DNA from: Archangiaceae bacterium
Lineage (GTDB): Bacteria; Myxococcota; Myxococcia; Myxococcales; Myxococcaceae
Assembly: GCA_043750125.1 (NCBI GenBank)
Contig: JAYVCD010000426.1
Location: 1-24,749 of the forward strand
Direction: 5' to 3'
DNA length: 24,749 nt
In this document: positions 11,282-17,268 of the stretch, piece by piece
Layout of the letters: each line of letters starts with the position of its first letter
Numbering within the stretch: position 1 is the stretch's first letter
Translations under genes and position numbers: made by a program
The notes under the pieces: generated by a model
What the model was told of the DNA's origin: nothing
The model's database searches: none
Seen by the model: the letters and a program-made list of their open reading frames with translations, nothing else

Positions 11282-12289
11282 CTACGCGCCTGTGCCCGTA
11301 GCGGGATGCAAGTTCCGCAACGCCGCAGGCTCGGCGCTCAACCACCCTTCCCGGTTCACCAGCCAAAGCTCTCTGGGCAACGTGGCCGGGCGCCCCTGGC
11401 TGACCGCCTCGAGGATGTCTTCAATCAGGGGTGCGTCCACTTCAAGTTTGTTCCCGCTGAGCCACTGGGCGATCACTCTTCTTTGAATGGGCCGCGAGAG
11501 CGCCCCGAGCCCGATGGCGTCCAGAGTCCCACTTCGACTTACCCGGTGCAGCGCGGCCGTGGCCCATTGCTCGAGCAGGGCCTCGTCTTCCCCCGCATAC
11601 TGGGCAAAGCGGGCCAGGTGCTCGGCCACCTTTGGACCCGCGGTCGATTCGAAGAGCGGCAGCAGCTCGCGGCGAACCCGAACTCGCAAGAATCTGGGAT
11701 CCACGTTCATCGGGTCTTCGATGAACGGCTCGTTCAAAGCCGCCAGGTAGGAGCGCACCTGATCGCGGGTGAGACTCAACAGCGGGCGAATCACGCCTCC
11801 CAGCCGAGCGTGAATCGCGCTCGCTCCTCCCAGCGCTGAGCCACGCGCCAGGCGCATCAGGACGGTTTCCGCCTGGTCGGACGCCGTGTGGGCGGTGGCG
11901 ATCAGCTCCAGTCCACGCTCGTTCTTGATCGCTGCGAGCTCGGGGTAGCGAGCGTCCCGAGCCCGCTGTTCCAGTCCTGCCCCGTCGAAGAGACTCAAGC
12001 GACGGGCGTGGGCGACCAGGCCAAGGCTCTGGGCGCGGTGAATCACCCCTGCGGCTTCCGCGCTGGATTCCGCCCTCAACCCGTGATCCAGGGTCGCCAC
12101 TTCCACCCGCATGGCCAGCCTTTCGGCGTGGCGGGCGAGGACGAGCATCAAAGCCGTCGAATCGGCTCCACCCGAGACGGCGAGCAAGATTGATTTTTGG
12201 GCTCCGCTGAGGCGACGCACTGCGTGAAGGGCCGTTTCCTCAAAGCAGCGAAGTGCCGCAGCGTTATGATCTGGTTGAGGATTTGACAT
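11282..12289 (-). CDS. tilS: tRNA(Ile)-lysidine synthetase TilS (short form, about 335 aa)
   Basis: AVSGGADS PP-loop, DHGLR, AR..RY, TAH..DQAET, IRPLL and EDPMN. ATG 12289 with AGGAAG RBS; upstream of ftsH. Confidence 0.93.
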   Translation of the reverse strand: MSNPQPDHNAAALRCFEETALHAVRRLSGAQKSILLAVSGGADSTALMLVLARHAERLAMRVEVATLDHGLRAESSAEAAGVIHRAQSLGLVAHARRLSLFDGAGLEQRARDARYPELAAIKNERGLELIATAHTASDQAETVLMRLARGSALGGASAIHARLGGVIRPLLSLTRDQVRSYLAALNEPFIEDPMNVDPRFLRVRVRRELLPLFESTAGPKVAEHLARFAQYAGEDEALLEQWATAALHRVSRSGTLDAIGLGALSRPIQRRVIAQWLSGNKLEVDAPLIEDILEAVSQGRPATLPRELWLVNREGWLSAEPAALRNLHPATGTGA

Positions 12290-12314
12290 CGGGTCTTCCT
12301 TTTGGCAGCCGACC

Positions 12315-12343
12315 TTGCTCAGCCGCGGCACCGCACTTATGAT
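12315..12343 (+). promoter_or_regulatory. Putative sigma70-type promoter, divergent from tilS
   Basis: TTGCTC (12315-12320), exactly 17 nt, then TATGAT (12338-12343). Predicted start site about 12349-12351. Confidence 0.6.
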
Positions 12344-12349
12344 CAGGAG

Positions 12350-12532
12350 GTCTTGGCTGTCGGAATGATCGTCGTGACGCATCGTTCATTGATTGAAGAT
12401 TCGATGTTGGGCCCAGGGGTCCCCCCCCTCCCCCTCTGGGCTCACGGGACTGGAACAGAGTGATCTGCTTCCGGTCCCTCTTTTGGGAGCGCCCCGGCGG
12501 GATAGCAACCGCTCGGGGCGCTCGTTTTTTTT
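12350..12532 (+). ncRNA. Candidate small regulatory RNA (about 180 nt) with consecutive hairpins and a C-rich loop
   Basis: Promoter upstream; hairpins at 12379-12407, 12409-12443 (loop UCCCCCCCCUCCC) and 12446-12478 (GUGA GNRA tetraloop); terminator at 12487-12532. Both flanking genes are on the opposite strand. Confidence 0.65.
12487..12532 (+). terminator. Intrinsic terminator oriented for a + strand transcript
   Basis: GAGCGCCCCG-GCGG / CCGC-T-CGGGGCGCTC stem followed by G and T8. There is no U-tract in the minus orientation. Confidence 0.85.
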
Positions 12533-12533
12533 C

Positions 12534-14642
12534 CTACGGTTGTCGAGAGTACCAGTCGACAGCGGCGCCCTTCGTCGTGTCGGGGCTGCACTGCAGGCTG
12601 CCGCCGGTCTGGCGCCATCCGAAACGAGCCAGCTGGGGCGAGACGATTCGTCCGGCGTCGGCCCCGCGCGGGAAGACATTCGCCAAGGGGGTCCCGCCGT
12701 CAGGCAAAGAGCCCAGCAGCGTCTTCGCAGGCCACTCGATGTCCGCGACGTAGAGCATCTGGCAGGGCGCTCCGATCGCAAGCTCGTCCGGAGGGGTCAG
12801 CCTTTCCAGCGGAATCGTCGCCGCCGCGATCGCGCTTCCTTTCAAGAAGATGCGGACCACCGGTTTGGGCGGGGCGAAGCATTTGCCTACGCCTACCCCA
12901 GCGTCCCCCCTCGGGGCGCTGTCGGCTACGCAGCGTTGCCCCGAAGTGCAGCTGCAGCCCAGACCATCCGCGCAGTCCGTGCCCCCGTCGATGATGCAGG
13001 CCAGAGGGGCCACCTGAACGCGAGCGTCCTTGAAGTAGTGGACCAGGACCTTGTAGGTGCAGTTGGTGGTCGCGCACTTCGGATCATTTTCGGGATAATT
13101 GAGCGAGACGTTTTCCAGCAAGGTGCCCGAGCCGGTGTCGTCGATGTTGAGCCGCGGGTCGTCGGGCGTGCCCACGTTGCCCCAGTCGAAGTCGAAGCTC
13201 GGGGTATTTGCCTTCTTGATGACCGAATAGCCGTTCACGTCGCCCGAGGTGTGGCCCGCGTCGCCCGCTTCGAAGAAGGCGAAGACTCCGCTGAAGGGAT
13301 CCGCAGGCTGGGTCGCCGCCGAAGGCCGCACCAGGTGAAGGTCGAGATCGACCTCCCCGAAACCCGGCCACTGCAGCTGGGCGACGAGATCCTGCTTGAG
13401 CGCGACGGCGAACTTCATCGTCACTGCCGTCGCGTGCATCTGCACGTCTTTGACCGTCAGCTCGAGCGTGTACTCGCCTGTGACGATCGGCCGCAGCGTC
13501 GCCTGGGGGGTGGTCGCGCCGGAGATTCCCAGGGACATGGCCCCCGTCGGCGCCGAGATCAGCTTCCAGGAATACGTGAGCATCAAGCGGCCGTCTTCCG
13601 GATCCGAGGTGCAGCGGGTCTGATCGGCCAGGTCTGAAATGGCTGAGAAGATCACCACCGCGCGAGGCTCGACGTTGCGGCGGGTCGTGAAGTCGTAGCC
13701 CCCCGCCGGAGCAGCACTGAGGGTGGCCCACTCGGCCTGGGTGCTGTAGTCGAGGGGCGAATCGTCGATCGGTTGGACCTTGATCAGGTTCGCGCACACC
13801 ACCGGCGCGAGGTTCGGCCGCAGCGTTCCCGTGAGGTTCACCGTCACCTTCGGCCGGGCGGGATCATCGGACGAGATGACCATCTGGGCGCTGTAGCTCT
13901 GCTGCGCTTCGCTGCTCGGAGTGAAGCGCACCGAAAGGCTTCGCCCCTCTGCAGGCTTGAGCAACAGCCCGGCCGCAGGGAAGGTCGCGTTTCCCGGAAT
14001 GGCGAAGGCGGCCGCGTCGGGGCCCTGGAACGCAACCGCGCTCACCTGGAGGTCGACCAGGCCTTCATTGAGAATGTTGACCGACGGAAGGGTCGACACG
14101 TCGACGGGCAACAGCCGCACGAACGGCTCAGGAGGAAACTCGATCGACGGCGGCATCACGGTCACTGTCCCCACGCACTTGCGTGCGACCGCGCAATCGG
14201 GCGTGACGGCGATCTGCGCCTGGCTTCCCTCGCCCGTCAGCAGGACCTCGACCGTCGCGTGCTCGGGGTCGTCACTGGCCACCGTGAGGACGGCTTCATA
14301 GGCCTGCGCCGACGTCGGAAAGAACGAAACGTCGAGCTCTTCACTGCTCAACGACCCGATGGCGGTCGGGGTCCGGGTGACCTTGAAGCCTTCGGCGCCC
14401 CCGGGGGCCCCCCCATTGGCAACGGTCACCCCCGTGATGGCGACCGAGGTCTTGGTTTGCGCTTCGAGCTTGAGCGTCGACAGGTGGCTGGAGCCGACTT
14501 TCACTGGGCCAAACGCCACCGACAGCGGAGTGACCCGAAGGGTCGGACGGACGGTCGCAACGGTCCCCCCACACCTGCACCCCGACCAAAACAGCACCAC
14601 CAACGGCACCACCAACGGCACCACCAAGAGACGTAAGCGCAT
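12534..14642 (-). CDS. Large myxobacterial lipoprotein with two ASPM-SPD2-Hydin/choice-of-anchor-D Ig-like domains, a PKD-like domain and a C-terminal DLDLHL-type domain with a Cys-rich insert
   Basis: Signal peptide with lipobox WSGC. Two repeats of V.F.P...Y.A.l.i.SDDP..P.V.V.LTG; SDPEDG..LTYSW...GEYTLELTVKD; WPGFGEVDLDLHL...DPRLNIDD...ENVSL...YKVLVHYF. Confidence 0.8.
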   Translation of the reverse strand: MRLRLLVVPLVVPLVVLFWSGCRCGGTVATVRPTLRVTPLSVAFGPVKVGSSHLSTLKLEAQTKTSVAITGVTVANGGAPGGAEGFKVTRTPTAIGSLSSEELDVSFFPTSAQAYEAVLTVASDDPEHATVEVLLTGEGSQAQIAVTPDCAVARKCVGTVTVMPPSIEFPPEPFVRLLPVDVSTLPSVNILNEGLVDLQVSAVAFQGPDAAAFAIPGNATFPAAGLLLKPAEGRSLSVRFTPSSEAQQSYSAQMVISSDDPARPKVTVNLTGTLRPNLAPVVCANLIKVQPIDDSPLDYSTQAEWATLSAAPAGGYDFTTRRNVEPRAVVIFSAISDLADQTRCTSDPEDGRLMLTYSWKLISAPTGAMSLGISGATTPQATLRPIVTGEYTLELTVKDVQMHATAVTMKFAVALKQDLVAQLQWPGFGEVDLDLHLVRPSAATQPADPFSGVFAFFEAGDAGHTSGDVNGYSVIKKANTPSFDFDWGNVGTPDDPRLNIDDTGSGTLLENVSLNYPENDPKCATTNCTYKVLVHYFKDARVQVAPLACIIDGGTDCADGLGCSCTSGQRCVADSAPRGDAGVGVGKCFAPPKPVVRIFLKGSAIAAATIPLERLTPPDELAIGAPCQMLYVADIEWPAKTLLGSLPDGGTPLANVFPRGADAGRIVSPQLARFGWRQTGGSLQCSPDTTKGAAVDWYSRQP
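14594..14627. repeat. 12-bp tandem repeat (GCACCACCAACG, about 2.8 copies) in the lipoprotein signal peptide
   Basis: Read directly; encodes LVVP-LVVP-LVVL on the minus strand. Confidence 0.9.
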
Positions 14643-14764
14643 GTCCGGCGGTTCTATCCGTTTCACGACCTAAGCGTAAATCGTTGACCCACCGGGCATG
14701 CTGTCGGATAAAACCCGAAGGGTACGCCACACTTCCTTTTTCCCAGCGGACGGAGATCAACGAC

Positions 14765-14971
14765 ATGGCCGGCACCGACAAGCGCAAGCAGTCGCTGTAT
14801 TTTCCAGAAGAGATGCTCAAAGAAATCCAGGAGGAAGCGAACCGACAAGACCGGTCGCTTTCCTGGGTCGTGCAGCAAGCCTGGAAGATCGCCCGTGAGC
14901 GAATCAAAAACTTCCCGGCCGTCAATGATGTCACCGGTGACGAGAGCGTCGATCGTCGCGAGGAAAGCTGA
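14765..14971 (+). CDS. cdbA: CdbA, c-di-GMP-binding ribbon-helix-helix nucleoid-associated protein (MXAN_4361/4362 family)
   Basis: MAGTDKRKQSLYFPEEMLKEIQEEANRQDRSLSWVVQQAWKIARERIK, recognised as near-identical to Myxococcus CdbA. GGAG RBS upstream. Confidence 0.92.
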   Translation: MAGTDKRKQSLYFPEEMLKEIQEEANRQDRSLSWVVQQAWKIARERIKNFPAVNDVTGDESVDRREES

Positions 14972-15183
14972 TGTCAAATACGGACCATCGCAAACAATCG
15001 CTCTACTTCCCTGAAGAGATGTTGGGAGAGATCCAGAAGCAGGCCGAGCGGCAAGATCGCTCGCTGTCGTGGATCGTGCAGCAAGCGTGGAAGCTGGCTC
15101 GGGTCGACATGAAGAAGATCCCGGGCATCAATGACGTGATGCCGCCCCAACCGCCGCAGCCTCCGCCATTGCCGCGGCCGTAG
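14971..15183 (+). CDS. cdbB: CdbB, CdbA paralogue with a Pro-rich tail
   Basis: MSNTDHRKQSLYFPEEML...QDRSLSWIVQQAWK; TGATG overlap with cdbA. Confidence 0.88.
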   Translation: MSNTDHRKQSLYFPEEMLGEIQKQAERQDRSLSWIVQQAWKLARVDMKKIPGINDVMPPQPPQPPPLPRP

Positions 15184-15185
15184 CC

Positions 15186-16448
15186 TCAGTCTTTTCTTTT
15201 CGCTTTCAAGTCTCGTAGGGCCATCGGCACCGCGAGCAGTCCCCCGCCTTTGCCGCGGCTCAGGCGCTGTGCGGGGTAGATGCTCCGATGGCCGGTGAAC
15301 AGGTACGCGAGCACGCAGACGATCACCACGTGTGGAAACACACTCGCGCCCATCAGCTCCATCGCCATGATCGACAGCGCCAGCGGGGTGTTCGACGCGG
15401 CGGCAAAGACCGCAGCCATCCCCACTCCCGCTCCCAACTCGAGGGGCAGGCCGAGCAGGTGCGCGAGCACGCTGCCCAGTGACGCTCCGACAAAAAACAG
15501 CGGCGTGACTTCGCCCCCGACGAAACCTGCACCGAGCGTGACGGCGGTGAACAGCAGCTTCGCGGCGAAGGCCCACGAAGGCAGCGGATCGTAGAACGAG
15601 CGCCCAATGCCCTCGAGGCCCAGGCCCAGATAGTCGCTCGTTCCCAGCAGCTGCCACATCAGCACCACTGCCCCGCCCCCGATCATCATCCGAAAAGGCA
15701 ACCGTCTGACGCGTTGCTCGCCGAGCTTCTTGAGCGCGTGGGTCAGCTCGATGAACGTGGCGGTGACGATCGCAATCGCGATCGCAAACAGCACCCACTT
15801 CCCGATGACCCCGGGGGTGAGCTCGACGTAGGACACCTGGGGGTAGAAGGCGTGCTCGACGCCCAGCGTGCGGGTGGTGAGCGCCCCGACGAGCGCCGCG
15901 GTCAACGCGGGCAAGAGCGCGTGGTACTCGATTCTTCCCAGCGAGATGAACTCGAGCGCAAAGATCGCTCCGGCGACCGGGGTCCCGAAGACCGAACTAA
16001 AGCCGCCCGCGACCCCCGCGGCGATGACCTGGCGGCGCAGCGGCCCGGACAATTTGAGGCGCTGCGCCACGGCCTCGGCGAGGCTCGCTCCCATCTGCAC
16101 CGCGGTCCCTTCCCGCCCGGCGCTGCCGCCGAACAAGTGGGTGAGCACCGTGCCGAGCAACACCATCGGGGCCATTCGAAGGGGCACCGTCGGCCCCTCG
16201 TCATGAATCGTGTCGACGATCAGATCGCTGCCCCGCTTGATCGGCTCGCCGAAGCGTTCGTAGACCCAACCGAGCACCAAGCCGGCCAGGGGGAGCGCCC
16301 AGACCAGCCGGGGGTGCGCGCTGCGGTACCCGGTCGCGTGGGCCAACAACCACAAGAAAAGCGCCGAAGCTGCGCCACTCAACACCCCGACCAGCGCACC
16401 GAGCCCCAGCCATTGCGCGAGTGTCGTGAGCTGTTCGCGCCTCGTCAT
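15186..16448 (-). CDS. eriC: CLC family anion transporter, fluoride-exporting CLC-F (F-/H+ antiporter) type
   Basis: Many TM helices, GSDLI (at the GNNLI position), GGSAGREGT, GGEVTPLF and C-terminal SIY. GREGT plus GEVTP is the CLC-F signature. Confidence 0.85.
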   Translation of the reverse strand: MTRREQLTTLAQWLGLGALVGVLSGAASALFLWLLAHATGYRSAHPRLVWALPLAGLVLGWVYERFGEPIKRGSDLIVDTIHDEGPTVPLRMAPMVLLGTVLTHLFGGSAGREGTAVQMGASLAEAVAQRLKLSGPLRRQVIAAGVAGGFSSVFGTPVAGAIFALEFISLGRIEYHALLPALTAALVGALTTRTLGVEHAFYPQVSYVELTPGVIGKWVLFAIAIAIVTATFIELTHALKKLGEQRVRRLPFRMMIGGGAVVLMWQLLGTSDYLGLGLEGIGRSFYDPLPSWAFAAKLLFTAVTLGAGFVGGEVTPLFFVGASLGSVLAHLLGLPLELGAGVGMAAVFAAASNTPLALSIMAMELMGASVFPHVVIVCVLAYLFTGHRSIYPAQRLSRGKGGGLLAVPMALRDLKAKRKD

Positions 16449-16456
16449 CGGCCCGC

Positions 16457-17266
16457 TTAGTTGCTCGGACGTACGGCCTTCGAGCAGTTCTGCATGTCGA
16501 TGCGCAACGGGTCGAGCTTGAGCGGGTCGGCGATCTTGGTTCGGCGCAGGTATTCGGCGGCGATGTTGGAATCCACCCCGCCAAAGCGCTGGGCCTGCGA
16601 CGGGCTGCGGTCGGGATCTTTTCCGGGGGCGGCGAGCATCGTGTAGCCGTCACCCCCGCCCAGCAGGAACGCTGAGAGCGCAACCCTGAACCGCTTGTTC
16701 ACCCTGCCCGGCTTCTGCACCACCTCGCCGTTGATCTTCAGCGACGTGACGCGGGACAACGCCGGACGGGTGCAGTCGACGACCATCTGAACTTCTTTGG
16801 ACAGCTGAAGGTAGCTGCCGGCCGGAGACGTGATCGGGTTGGGTACGGCGAAGAGCCGTTCGACCGAATGTTCCATCATCGCCGTGACTTCGTCTTCGGT
16901 CAGATCGACGGCGTTCACCAGATTTTCAAACAGCAAAATCTCGTGGAGCACCCCGTTGGTCAGCCCGGTGGCAGTCGCGGGGACGATGTTCCGGGTGACG
17001 CCACACAGGCCCTCGGCCCTGAGCGCGCCTCCGTTGAGAACCGCAAAGTCGACCGGTTTGGCGCTGGCGGCGAAGACATCGACGAATGAATCTGCGACGG
17101 CCTGGCCCAGCGCGTTGGGGGCGTGTCGGGCATTGGGTCGGTCGAGCCACAGTTCGGCGCCGAGGGTGGCCACTTTTTCGGTGGGGTTCTCGACCAACGC
17201 CTGACATTGCTCGTTGTAGGCAACGCAGCCGGACAGAGAGCACAAGAGGGCGATTGAGAGGCGCAT
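16457..17266 (-). CDS. Lipoprotein consisting only of a 5'-nucleotidase C-terminal domain
   Basis: Lipobox LSGC; NALGQAVADS, DFAVLNGGALR, ILLFEN, MMEHSV and FLLGGGDGY. No metallophosphoesterase (DxH/GD/GNH) domain. Confidence 0.85.
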   Translation of the reverse strand: MRLSIALLCSLSGCVAYNEQCQALVENPTEKVATLGAELWLDRPNARHAPNALGQAVADSFVDVFAASAKPVDFAVLNGGALRAEGLCGVTRNIVPATATGLTNGVLHEILLFENLVNAVDLTEDEVTAMMEHSVERLFAVPNPITSPAGSYLQLSKEVQMVVDCTRPALSRVTSLKINGEVVQKPGRVNKRFRVALSAFLLGGGDGYTMLAAPGKDPDRSPSQAQRFGGVDSNIAAEYLRRTKIADPLKLDPLRIDMQNCSKAVRPSN

Positions 17267-17268
17267 GG

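Noticed and set aside
12302-12319. Sigma54-like TTGGCAGCCGACCTTGCT
   Set aside because: GG to GC spacing is 11 nt rather than the required 10. The sigma70-like reading fits better.
12365-12463. 32-aa + strand ORF (MIVVTHRSLIEDSMLGPGVPPLPLWAHGTGTE) with AGGAGG at 12345-12350
   Set aside because: The AGGAGG is 14 nt from the ATG and falls at or before the predicted transcription start. Codon usage is atypical and the ORF runs through strong hairpins. A dual-function RNA is not fully excluded.
12350-12532. 6S RNA, SRP RNA, tRNA or riboswitch identity for the candidate RNA
   Set aside because: The length suits 6S, but the ends do not pair into a rod with a central bubble. There is no cloverleaf or SRP loop, and no downstream + strand gene for a riboswitch to control.
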